The notes beneath the pieces are model-generated. The model did no database searches. It worked only from the letters and a program-made list of their open reading frames with translations, and had not been told where the DNA came from. A stretch of DNA of 39,911 nucleotides from Candidatus Nanohaloarchaea archaeon (lineage in GTDB: Archaea; Nanohalarchaeota; Nanosalinia; Nanosalinales; Nanosalinaceae): NCBI GenBank assembly GCA_047617745.1, contig JBLGBN010000004.1, positions 1-39,911 on the forward strand, in the 5' to 3' direction. Of the stretch, positions 1 through 8,796 are shown piece after piece. The position numbers were made by a program, and so were the translations under genes. Every line of letters begins with the position of its first letter. Position 1 is the first letter of the stretch.

Positions 1-882
1 AAAGCAGGCAACGGCAACATGATACAGCAGGCGAGGAAAATGAGCGCGGAGATAGCAGAGATCGCGGAAGATTACAATATTGTTCATACTCACGACTGGT
101 TCGGCGCCGAGTCAGGCTTCAAGGCGAAGAAATACGGTAACGTGAAATGGGTTTCAACCTTTCACTCCCTGAGCTCAGGGAGAAACCGCGAGCCAGGAGA
201 GGACCTACAGAAACTGGAGAAAGTGGCTGCTGAAGAACCGGACAGAGTTCTAGCTGTAAGCGAGAAACTTGCAAAAGAAGTCAAAGACGAATTCGGAGTG
301 AGCCCAATGGTTGTCCACAACGGTTTCTCAAAACCAGAAAGCTCCGGAATTAATGTGAAAGAGAGACATGATATCGACGGCGACATGGTTTTCTTTGTGG
401 GCCGGCATGCCGAACAGAAAGGTCTAGAACATCTTCTATATGGATTCAGAAAACTTCTAGACGATAGAGAGGCAACCCTAGTTATCGGAGGAGCTGGCCA
501 CCTAACGGAGTCCCTGAAGACCTTTGCAGAACTCCTTGAAATCGAAGACAACGTGGTTTTTGCCGGATTCATCCCTCGCGGAGAGCTTGGAGACTATTAC
601 CGCGACGCAGACACTTTTGTCTCCCCTTCAATCAACGAACCTTTCGGCCTCACAATAACCGAAGCACTCGAATCAGGTACTCCTGTAGTTGCGACGGATA
701 GCGGAGTAAATGAGATAGCAGGAGATTCAATTGTTGACGTACAACCAGAATCAGACTCGATCAAGGAAGGCATCAAGAAATCGCTAGAACAGAATAAAGA
801 AATTAGATTCGATACCCGGACCTGGAACGACATGGCAGAGGAATTAGCTACCGTCTATAGTAAAATGTTACAAGAAAACTAG
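1..882 (+). CDS. GT4 family glycosyltransferase (glycogen-synthase-like), probably 5'-truncated by the window edge
   Basis: HTHDWF, FVGRHAEQKG and SINEPFGLTITEA (E-x7-E) GT-B motifs; the frame is open from position 1, so the true start probably lies upstream. Confidence 0.85.
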   Translation, partial: KAGNGNMIQQARKMSAEIAEIAEDYNIVHTHDWFGAESGFKAKKYGNVKWVSTFHSLSSGRNREPGEDLQKLEKVAAEEPDRVLAVSEKLAKEVKDEFGVSPMVVHNGFSKPESSGINVKERHDIDGDMVFFVGRHAEQKGLEHLLYGFRKLLDDREATLVIGGAGHLTESLKTFAELLEIEDNVVFAGFIPRGELGDYYRDADTFVSPSINEPFGLTITEALESGTPVVATDSGVNEIAGDSIVDVQPESDSIKEGIKKSLEQNKEIRFDTRTWNDMAEELATVYSKMLQEN

Positions 883-1187
883 TAATCCAGGAGCTCATCG
901 AGTTCGCTGGTCTCGGAGAAATTAAAGCGCGACCGACCAAGAATTCTATCCACAACGCTTTCTGGATCCAACTGGCCCTCAGAAGTCTCCAAAGGCAGTT
1001 TCACCTGTGCATTGCTTAAACTTCCCACATTCTCCACGTTATATACTGCTTTATAGCCGTCAGAGGTCGATATTATCCCTGGCTCATCAGTTTTAGTTAC
1101 TTTATAGCTCTCTTCGTCTATAGTTATTTCCGCATATACCAGTAGCCCGTCCTCTAACTCATAATCCTCTAGATTAAAATCTTTCAT
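879..1187 (-). CDS. Small acidic hypothetical protein
   Basis: ORF-track 879..1208; ATG at 1187 (MKDFNLEDY) gives an acidic protein typical of this genome; convergent 4-nt overlap with the GT4 stop. Confidence 0.6.
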   Translation of the reverse strand: MKDFNLEDYELEDGLLVYAEITIDEESYKVTKTDEPGIISTSDGYKAVYNVENVGSLSNAQVKLPLETSEGQLDPESVVDRILGRSRFNFSETSELDELLDY

Positions 1188-1227
1188 ATTAACCAAAAAG
1201 CAGCACAATAATTATATTTCCATGTCC

Positions 1228-1458
1228 TCAACCCAGGACTTCCATATCGTCTACTTTGCCCGGGTAGACCACGCTGTAACCTGTTTCAGTTTTGATAAGG
1301 CTGGAAGTGTTTTCCACATAGTAAGTCGAGTCGCTTCCTGAGCCATCCGGAAGGTATATCCTCTCCTCACCGTTGGAGTAAACCACAACAGCAACCTCCT
1401 TATCCGCTTCAACATGGATTCTAGTTCCGTTCTCTACTTCCCGGGTTTCTACCTCCAT
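1228..1458 (-). CDS. Small beta-rich hypothetical protein (76 aa)
   Basis: Acidic ORF with AVVVYSNGEERIYLP and DSTYY segments; divergent from the GH57 gene. Confidence 0.7.
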   Translation of the reverse strand: MEVETREVENGTRIHVEADKEVAVVVYSNGEERIYLPDGSGSDSTYYVENTSSLIKTETGYSVVYPGKVDDMEVLG

Positions 1459-1538
1459 ACATGTGGTTTCACTTCACCGATTTTTAACCCTCCGGTGAGA
1501 TCACCTGCTGATTTAAACCAGCCTGAAAAATTGAAGTT

Positions 1539-2753
1539 ATGGTTCCAGTAAGCCTCTCATTTGAAGTACACCAGCCACACAGACTCAGAACCGACGGAGT
1601 AAATGAAGACGCGGGAAGGCTATACGACAGATATTTCTCAGATGAAATGAATGAGCACTTTTTCAAGGATGTAGCGGAAAACTGCTACTTCCCGGCAACC
1701 GAAAGGCTTCTCCGGGAGGCGAAAAAGTTTGAAGGTAAAGACAGAGAGTTCAAAGTTAACTTCTCGATATCGAGCTCCTGGATAGAACAGGCAAAAAAAT
1801 ACCACCCTGAGCTGATCGATATGCTGAACCGGTTTCCGGATTCAACGGTCGATTTCATCGGACAGGCCCACTACCACTCACTAGCCGGTTTATTTAATGA
1901 TAAGACAGAGTTCAGACAGCAGCTGAGCACACACCGGAACATAATTGAAGACAACTTCGGCGTCACACCGCAGGTCATGACCAACACCGAACTGATCTAC
2001 CACAACGAAATCGGAAAGATTGCCTCGGAAGAAGGTTACAGCGGAATATTTACTGAAGGGGTGCCGAGAATTCTCGGATGGAGATCCCCTAACCACAACT
2101 ACACACAGCCAGACTTTGTAACAGATAACGGAAACTCTATAATGTTGAGAAACAGGAAGTTGACGGACGATGTAGGATACCGGTTCTCCGCTGAATGGTG
2201 GAGCGAATATCCTTTAACCGCTGAGAAATACTCCGCCTGGCTCTCTGCCTGTCAGGGAGACCATATCAACCTGTTCATGGACTACGAAACTTTCGGAGAA
2301 CACCACTGGGAAGGCACCGGCATTCTCTGGTTCCTAGAGGCACTGCCACAAGAAGTTCTGAAGCATGACAACCTTGAGTTCGCCAAAGTGAGAGAGATCG
2401 CGAACCATGATCCGGTGGGGACTTTCGATGCCTTCGAGTACAACACTGTATCATGGGCGGACCAGGAGATGGATGCCAGCGCCTGGCTTGGAAACCCTAT
2501 GCAGAAAATGCTTTTCGAGAAGATACAGGAGCTGGAATACCAGGTAAAACAGCTTGACGACCCTGAAGTCCTGGATGTCTGGAGAAAATTCGTCACCTCC
2601 GATCACCTGCACCATATCGCGACGAAGACCATGGACGACGGCTCTGTTCACAACTACTTCTCGTACTTCGATCACCCACATAAAGGCTTCGCGGTAATCA
2701 CCGAACATTTAATGGATTTCCAGAAACAGGTGGAGAAAAGGCTGAGGAAATAA
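1539..2753 (+). CDS. Glycoside hydrolase family 57 (alpha-amylase type)
   Basis: GH57 conserved regions FEVHQP, HYHSLA, NTELIY (nucleophile Glu), DYETFGEHH (acid/base Asp) and TSDH. Confidence 0.92.
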   Translation: MVPVSLSFEVHQPHRLRTDGVNEDAGRLYDRYFSDEMNEHFFKDVAENCYFPATERLLREAKKFEGKDREFKVNFSISSSWIEQAKKYHPELIDMLNRFPDSTVDFIGQAHYHSLAGLFNDKTEFRQQLSTHRNIIEDNFGVTPQVMTNTELIYHNEIGKIASEEGYSGIFTEGVPRILGWRSPNHNYTQPDFVTDNGNSIMLRNRKLTDDVGYRFSAEWWSEYPLTAEKYSAWLSACQGDHINLFMDYETFGEHHWEGTGILWFLEALPQEVLKHDNLEFAKVREIANHDPVGTFDAFEYNTVSWADQEMDASAWLGNPMQKMLFEKIQELEYQVKQLDDPEVLDVWRKFVTSDHLHHIATKTMDDGSVHNYFSYFDHPHKGFAVITEHLMDFQKQVEKRLRK

Positions 2754-2769
2754 AACAAAGGTTAAACAG

Positions 2770-3717
2770 GTGAAAATTGGGAAAGTACGGGACTGGTTAT
2801 CAGAGAACAGTTCACGTCTGGGTATGGAAAATCCCAGAGTAGTTGAGAAAAAATCGGGAGAATCCAACCACAACTTTGTTCTCAAGTCCGAGGAGCAAAA
2901 ATACATTCTCAGAGTCTCAAGAGAGGTTTCCAGGGAAAACCGTCTGGAAAACGAGTTCGAAAAGCTCGGATTCCTGGAGCAACAGGAAATCAATTATGTT
3001 CCGAGAAATATCTTCTTTGAGAGAGGAAGCGAGATAGGTACAGTCCTTGTACAGACCTTTGTGGGAGAAGAGGATATCGACTCGGGCGGTATGACGGAAA
3101 AAAGACTGCGGTCTCTGGCGAGAAAAGTCGCGAAAATACACTCAATACCTGTAGAGAATTACAGTAGTTACTCGGGTAAGAACGAAGCGGCGAAAACAGG
3201 TTTGAAAGAGATATTCAGAAACGATTTTCAGAAGTGGTCTAAGACTCCTTATGAGGAGTACCAGGAAAATGCAGAGGGACCTGATCCGCGGATAGAAAAA
3301 TTTTTCAGAAAGCAGAAAAAACTGCTCAAATTAGTGCCTGAGGCGGAGGTAGAGCGAGGGCTTGTACATGGCGATCTAGGGTTCAATATCCGGGCAACGG
3401 GAAACGAAGTTTTCATAGTAGACTGGGAGTTCTGCCGGGTTGACTTCCCGGAAAACGAGATACTTTACTGCTTCGAGCACGAAGGTCTGGAAAAAGACCA
3501 AAGAGAGTTTTTCCTAGCGGAGTACCGGAAGAAACGTGAATTAAACCCTGTTTTCAGCAGACTACGGGAAATATACCCAGGTTTTCTAGCGTTCAATGAC
3601 GCCGTCTGGGCGGCAAATCGGGTAATTATAGAACCAGAGAAGAGGGAAGAACATCGCAGAAGGCTGGAAGAAAAGCTGGAGGAACTCGAGGAATTTTACA
3701 CAGCAAGAGATTTCTAG
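2770..3717 (+). CDS. Aminoglycoside-phosphotransferase/choline-kinase-like (APH fold) kinase
   Basis: GESNHNF, YILR, LENE, LVHGDL and IVDWE motifs. Confidence 0.8.
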   Translation: MKIGKVRDWLSENSSRLGMENPRVVEKKSGESNHNFVLKSEEQKYILRVSREVSRENRLENEFEKLGFLEQQEINYVPRNIFFERGSEIGTVLVQTFVGEEDIDSGGMTEKRLRSLARKVAKIHSIPVENYSSYSGKNEAAKTGLKEIFRNDFQKWSKTPYEEYQENAEGPDPRIEKFFRKQKKLLKLVPEAEVERGLVHGDLGFNIRATGNEVFIVDWEFCRVDFPENEILYCFEHEGLEKDQREFFLAEYRKKRELNPVFSRLREIYPGFLAFNDAVWAANRVIIEPEKREEHRRRLEEKLEELEEFYTARDF

Positions 3718-3764
3718 GCTTGGAGGCAGGAATAAAGAGAAAAGAAAGACTGGTCGCAGGAGCG

Positions 3765-4160
3765 TTAAAGTGCGACCTTTTCCGCTCCTGGCTCGTCTGG
3801 AATTTCTGGTTCAGATCCTTCCTCGGTGTAAAGTGTAGCCCCAAGAACGTAGCTGCCGATTTCTCCCGCCATCGATCCATCTCTAACTATCTCGTACCTT
3901 ACAGGCAGCTCTACATGGTAGCTCTCATCGCCTTCGACAATCTCAGGGTCTTCAATCTCCCACCAGCCGTCTTCAATCCTCTCCAGGGTCTTAAGGACGA
4001 ACTCAAGGCCGGGATCAGAATCTCTGTGATCTAGCTGGCGATTCTCATACCATAAATCCATCTCCATGTCAGAACTAGAGCTTAGATCAACCAGCATATC
4101 TCTAAATTTTGAAGGCGACTGAACGCTCGATTCCAGATAATCCGAATATAAATTTGCCAT
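3765..4160 (-). CDS. Acidic hypothetical protein
   Basis: 131-aa acidic ORF with GGTGAGGGGAG immediately before the ATG on the minus strand. Confidence 0.65.
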   Translation of the reverse strand: MANLYSDYLESSVQSPSKFRDMLVDLSSSSDMEMDLWYENRQLDHRDSDPGLEFVLKTLERIEDGWWEIEDPEIVEGDESYHVELPVRYEIVRDGSMAGEIGSYVLGATLYTEEGSEPEIPDEPGAEKVAL

Positions 4161-4257
4161 CTCCCCTCACCATATCTACTAATGGTGTCGCGTACTATAT
4201 ACATGTAATTTTACACTAAAGAATGACGAAAACTCTGGAAGGCGAAAATAAAGAGCT

Positions 4258-5073
4258 TTAATCCTCTCTCCTGCTCTTCCTGGATCTGTACATACCGTTT
4301 CTGACCCTGTGATACAGTTTATCAGCTCCTACAAGCAAAGTATCTCTGCCTTTCTTCCTCAGATCAGAATTAATGCCTCCAGGTATCTGATAATCATCCA
4401 TCATCTCACTATCATAGTGAGCGTCCAGATGCTCGGGGCCGTAAACATCGATCATCAGCTGCTCAAACCTGTCCCGGAACTCCTTTTTGGCGTGTTCTCT
4501 TCCCCTAGAAACCCCTATATCCTCACCGATATCCATAACCTCTTCAGGTGTGACCTCATGATCCTCTAAGTATAGTTTGATTTCATTGAGGAATTCAGGT
4601 TCAGACATCGTTCTATCAGCCTCCAGAAGCAGCACAGCCTGATCGCCTTCATCAATAGCGCCTGACCAGAGCTCCTCCGATGGCTCGTCTATCCCGAAAG
4701 AATCCCATATGTCTCTCTGGACCTCCATCTCAAGATCATCAATCTCAGGGTAAAGTATTTTCACAGGCCGGACAGTATCACCGGTATAAGCCTCGTGAGC
4801 GTCATGTAAAAGACCTGCAAGCTGAGTATATTCATCCTTCCCTCTTTCCTCTAGGTATTCGCTGACCGCGACAGAATGGTTCAACAGATTTAGAGGTATA
4901 TGGGTGTGGTAAGAGAACCTGTTCTGTCTCAGACCGTGAACAATATCCACAGCGTAGATATCTGAAGAATCCAGATTCCAGAGATCTTCGATCTGGTTAC
5001 CGGTAACAGGAGAACTCCACGGTGTTTTCTTCAGTTGCTCTCCGCCTTCCTCACTGTTCCGAGAAGCTACCAA
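4258..5073 (-). CDS. HD-domain phosphohydrolase (YfbR/YfdR-like 5'-nucleotidase family)
   Basis: NRF...HSVAV...LLHDAHEAYTGD...P.K...D pattern; start codon uncertain (TTG). Confidence 0.78.
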   Translation of the reverse strand: MVASRNSEEGGEQLKKTPWSSPVTGNQIEDLWNLDSSDIYAVDIVHGLRQNRFSYHTHIPLNLLNHSVAVSEYLEERGKDEYTQLAGLLHDAHEAYTGDTVRPVKILYPEIDDLEMEVQRDIWDSFGIDEPSEELWSGAIDEGDQAVLLLEADRTMSEPEFLNEIKLYLEDHEVTPEEVMDIGEDIGVSRGREHAKKEFRDRFEQLMIDVYGPEHLDAHYDSEMMDDYQIPGGINSDLRKKGRDTLLVGADKLYHRVRNGMYRSRKSRRED

Positions 5074-5172
5074 GCCTCTACCACCTTCTCAGTAATTCTA
5101 AGCACAGCAAAATGTTGAACAGTGAATTCTAAAAAGAATACGCTTTTCAATCCAGCCGCACAGATTCAAAAT

Positions 5173-5877
5173 ATGGCCGACAAACATTTCATTGATGTAG
5201 AGAAAGACGAAAAAGTTGCCGCAATACACCACGAAGCCAGTTCAGATAAATGGATTTTCTTCTGCCACGGATTTGGAACAGACAAAGAGGGAAGCTACGA
5301 GATGAGATGTGAAAAGGCTGCTGAAGAAGGATGGAACGCTGTAAGATTTGACTTCAGGGGCAACGGAGAGTCCGATGGAGACTTCATCGATCAGACATTA
5401 ACCTCGAAAATCAAAGACCTGAAGATGGCAATAAATCATTTTGAACCGGAAGAATACGTCCTATATGGTATGAGCTTCGGCGGCAGAGTCGCAATCCACA
5501 CAGCGGTTGAACTGGAGCCCGAGGCCTTGGTTCTGAAATCTCCGGTCACCTACAACGAGATTATGGAGAAGTTTAAAGCAGTAGTTGAAGAGAAAGGAGA
5601 ATACACTCATTTCGGAGATAAAACTATAGATCACAGGTTTATAGAAGACCTGGAAGAAAACAGATTTGAAGAAACAGTTAGCGATATAGATATTCCGGTC
5701 TGCTTTTTCCACGGTAGATCAGATACCACTGTACACCCAGAGTTTACATTGAAAGCAGTGCAGGAGTTTGGAACTGACACAAGAGTAGAGATGTATGAAG
5801 GTGAGAAACACAAGATGTCCAGAGAAGCCAACAGGAAGCTGCTGGACTCGATGTTCCAGTGGCTGGAAAATTTCTAG
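5173..5877 (+). CDS. Alpha/beta-fold hydrolase (esterase/peptidase-like)
   Basis: CHGF oxyanion loop, RFDFRGNGES, GMSFGG nucleophile elbow, HGRSD and EKH triad residues; ATG 5173 preferred over GTG 5122. Confidence 0.85.
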   Translation: MADKHFIDVEKDEKVAAIHHEASSDKWIFFCHGFGTDKEGSYEMRCEKAAEEGWNAVRFDFRGNGESDGDFIDQTLTSKIKDLKMAINHFEPEEYVLYGMSFGGRVAIHTAVELEPEALVLKSPVTYNEIMEKFKAVVEEKGEYTHFGDKTIDHRFIEDLEENRFEETVSDIDIPVCFFHGRSDTTVHPEFTLKAVQEFGTDTRVEMYEGEKHKMSREANRKLLDSMFQWLENF

Positions 5878-7019
5878 CTTTCTATAGCACTTCTGTAAAT
5901 ACCGGTTGTCCACGCAGATATCTGTTCCCACTGGAAGTTCTCCTCTACCCGGTTCCGAGCCTTATCTCCCATCCAGTCGCTCCATCCCGGGTCGCTGAGA
6001 GCTCTGTTAACCTGGTAGGCGATCGACCCAGGGTCAGCAGGGTACGAGTGAAGCCCCGTATATTCGTGGACGATAGTATCTTTCATCCCTCCCGTGTAAC
6101 TTCCAACCGTCATTGTTTCACATGCCGCGGCTTCAAGAGGAACTATACCAAATGGTTCATAAACTGAAGGCGCAACAGTTAACTCCGCTGTTTTCATCAA
6201 GGAAAGCAGTTCGGAATCCGATACATACCCCGGAAAGTGAACTTTTTCTCCAACCTGCGATTTGGCTATCCCCTTGTAATGCTCTGTTGCTCCGCTTCCG
6301 ACCATGACAAACTTGGCATCAGGCGAGCTATCGAGTATATCCGGCATCGCTTCAATGAGATGTCCAGGTCCTTTCTGGGGGTACATACGTCCTACAAACA
6401 GAACTATGTTCTCCCAGTCCAGGGCATATTCATTGTAGTTAAGATTAGATGAGTGTGAATCAAATTTTTCCAGATCAACGCCGTTCGGGATATAATTCAC
6501 TTTTTCTTCCGGAACATTGAAACTGTGTTTGACCTCCTCCGAGAACTCTCTTCCAACCGTTATGACTTCATCTGCCTCGTAGGTTCCATACCATTCAAGA
6601 TTGTGTATAGTTTCCTGGTACTCCGAGTCGATTCCATCCCTTCCTTTCTGAGTTGAGTGAACTGTGAAAACCATGGGAAGGTCAAGCGTCTTTTTCAGGC
6701 CGACAGCCCCTGAAACCATCATCCAGTCATGTGCATGAACCAGATCTAGTTCTTCCTGTTTGTGGATTTCAATCGCTTTCTTCTCCATCCTGTAGCCGAG
6801 ATTCATGGCCCATGATATAGTATCTGAAGCAGAATCAGTCGCTGGAACTCTGTGGATTTCAACTCCGTTCCTGTACTCTGTTTCCTCTTCCTCGCCGTAC
6901 GTCACCACAACAGGGTTGTGGCCCTGGTCTGCAAGTGTTTCAGCAAGGTCCTCGCAGTGCGCCGCTATCCCACCTGCCTTGAAAGGTGGATACTCCCAGG
7001 TGAGAAATAGCGGACGCAT
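5874..7019 (-). CDS. GT4 family glycosyltransferase (alpha-glucan synthase-like)
   Basis: WEYPPFKAGG, HAHDW, TVHST, IPNGVD, FVGRMYPQKG and YEPFGIVPLEA motifs. Confidence 0.9.
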   Translation of the reverse strand: MRPLFLTWEYPPFKAGGIAAHCEDLAETLADQGHNPVVVTYGEEEETEYRNGVEIHRVPATDSASDTISWAMNLGYRMEKKAIEIHKQEELDLVHAHDWMMVSGAVGLKKTLDLPMVFTVHSTQKGRDGIDSEYQETIHNLEWYGTYEADEVITVGREFSEEVKHSFNVPEEKVNYIPNGVDLEKFDSHSSNLNYNEYALDWENIVLFVGRMYPQKGPGHLIEAMPDILDSSPDAKFVMVGSGATEHYKGIAKSQVGEKVHFPGYVSDSELLSLMKTAELTVAPSVYEPFGIVPLEAAACETMTVGSYTGGMKDTIVHEYTGLHSYPADPGSIAYQVNRALSDPGWSDWMGDKARNRVEENFQWEQISAWTTGIYRSAIES

Positions 7020-7621
7020 CAGTGTTTAACCTCCTTCTTCTGTTCTAGAAGTTCTCTATAACTGTTTAAAACGTTTTGCTCCCACTCTGGAGCGTAGGGA
7101 TCGACAAATTCCAGTTTTTCTTCAGGGACATCAAGATCGAATAATAGAGAGTTCTTGGTGTCCTCACTGGTGGCTATCGCCAGATCGGCCTCGAAAGCAC
7201 CATCCCACTCCAGTTCGGATATAACCTCAGCGTGGTCTCCCTCGAAACCCCGCTCGTTTTCTGTAGACTGGAAGGTCACCACAAGAGGCACTTCATAGTA
7301 TTTACTTAACGCCACTCCTCCAGGTATCGCCGTCCAGTCAACTACATGTATAATATCGGGTTTATCTTCGAAAGCCTCCCTTGCCTGGCGTTTCAGCTCG
7401 TTGTTAAGCATCATCGACCAGTTAAACAGGTTATCGCCGTCAAAAGGCATGTCAACCCGGTAAACATCGACTCTATCATCTACAGAGTAATACGAACCGT
7501 CATCAAACGATACTACAGCAGCTTCCCCGCCTTCATCGGCTACCGCAGACGCCAGCGTCTTTGCGTACTCCGTAGACGCCTCACCTTCCTCAAATTTTCG
7601 GGTAATGAAAACAGTTTTCAC
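7019..7621 (-). CDS. Stand-alone GT4 N-terminal domain protein
   Basis: Aligns by eye to the N-half of 5874..7019 (IIHVVDW, TFQSTENER, ELEWDGAFEAD); lacks the C-terminal donor-binding domain; TGATG stop/start overlap with that gene. Confidence 0.8.
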   Translation of the reverse strand: MKTVFITRKFEEGEASTEYAKTLASAVADEGGEAAVVSFDDGSYYSVDDRVDVYRVDMPFDGDNLFNWSMMLNNELKRQAREAFEDKPDIIHVVDWTAIPGGVALSKYYEVPLVVTFQSTENERGFEGDHAEVISELEWDGAFEADLAIATSEDTKNSLLFDLDVPEEKLEFVDPYAPEWEQNVLNSYRELLEQKKEVKH

Positions 7622-7624
7622 GTA

Positions 7625-8794
7625 TTAAAACCTCTCTTCAAACCCTATCTGTTTGCTTTTCTCCACATCTGGCTGGTTGAACGGCTCGACTTCTCTCAGC
7701 CAGGCGCTGTAGACTGCAAGGTACTGCATGAATGCAACAAGTTTGCCTAATGTTCGGTGAGAAACATCTGTCAAATTTATGGTTATGTTAGGCATATCTT
7801 CTTCCTCAAGAGCCTGTTTAACACCAGAGTATTCTGCCTCCAGTGAATCTCCAAGCTCCTGATCGTTCAGATCGGAAAGCTTTCGTCCTCTTATATCTAT
7901 GTCGGAAAGGTTGTCCGGTATTTTGATAGTGCTTTTCTCATGTGCCTCCGTCCTAAAGAACATGGTCGCAACATCCTCTCTACCCCCAAATAATCTCTGA
8001 TTGGTGTGGTGCTGACATTCCGGGCCCATATCACCATAGAAGGTCTGACCCTCTCCATCCTTACAGACGGTTTCGTGCATCAGCTGAACCAGCAGAGGGT
8101 AGAAGCCGAACAGTCTTGTAGAGTAGAAGGGTGTGAAAACCTCTCGATAGCCTTTCTCCTCAGCATCGTAGAGAGCGGACGCAACGTTCAAAGCCGGGTT
8201 GTACTGCATCTTCGGAGAGAGCTTCTCGTACATGTCCTCTCCTCCCTCTCGTATCTCCTCTACATCTATTCCTGCGAATAACGCTGGTGCAAGCGCTGTT
8301 TCAGTTAAACCAGAAAATCTTCCGACTACATCCTGGTGCTCTATCCAGCCGTAATCATTTCTTTCAACTATCTGTTTGAGAGCGCCGTCATTCTGAGAGG
8401 TTACAGCGCACACCCGGTAATCTCTATCTATAAAGTGCATCAGAGATTCAATAACGCCTACTGTTTCCCCTGACTTGCTGATAGGCATAACTACCGTTTC
8501 CTCAGGCTCTAGTTCATCTGTTAGTGTATTGAGATAATCCGGATCCATTGTGGTTACAAGGCGGACATTTACATCTGTCTCACCAAGAAAAGCGTACAGG
8601 TACGCCCTGAAAGTGGTTATCGAACCCCCGTTCCCTATAACCACCAGATTTTCGTACTCGTAGTTTTCTCTAACTTCTCTTATTTTTTCGATATCCGGAT
8701 CCACGGAAACAAAGCCGGGTTCGTCTTTCTTCACGAAGTCCTGGTGTTCGCGTTTATCTTCGCTGAAATGTTCAACTTCTATTTTTATCGACAT
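7625..8794 (-). CDS. pgi: Glucose-6-phosphate isomerase
   Basis: VIGNGGS, ISKSGET, GRFS, QLMHET, QHH and FNQPDVEKSK motifs of the PGI family. Confidence 0.88.
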   Translation of the reverse strand: MSIKIEVEHFSEDKREHQDFVKKDEPGFVSVDPDIEKIREVRENYEYENLVVIGNGGSITTFRAYLYAFLGETDVNVRLVTTMDPDYLNTLTDELEPEETVVMPISKSGETVGVIESLMHFIDRDYRVCAVTSQNDGALKQIVERNDYGWIEHQDVVGRFSGLTETALAPALFAGIDVEEIREGGEDMYEKLSPKMQYNPALNVASALYDAEEKGYREVFTPFYSTRLFGFYPLLVQLMHETVCKDGEGQTFYGDMGPECQHHTNQRLFGGREDVATMFFRTEAHEKSTIKIPDNLSDIDIRGRKLSDLNDQELGDSLEAEYSGVKQALEEEDMPNITINLTDVSHRTLGKLVAFMQYLAVYSAWLREVEPFNQPDVEKSKQIGFEERF

Positions 8795-8796
8795 AT

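Noticed and set aside
4258..5073. DatZ-type Z-base (diaminopurine) DNA system
   Set aside because: No PurZ, MazZ or phage genes in the window; the HD motif alone is insufficient
7625..8794. Short Pgi with VVGRFS instead of VGGRFS as a possibly inactive enzyme
   Set aside because: The catalytic Glu, His and Lys regions and the SKSG phosphate loop are retained; the deviation is within ordinary divergence
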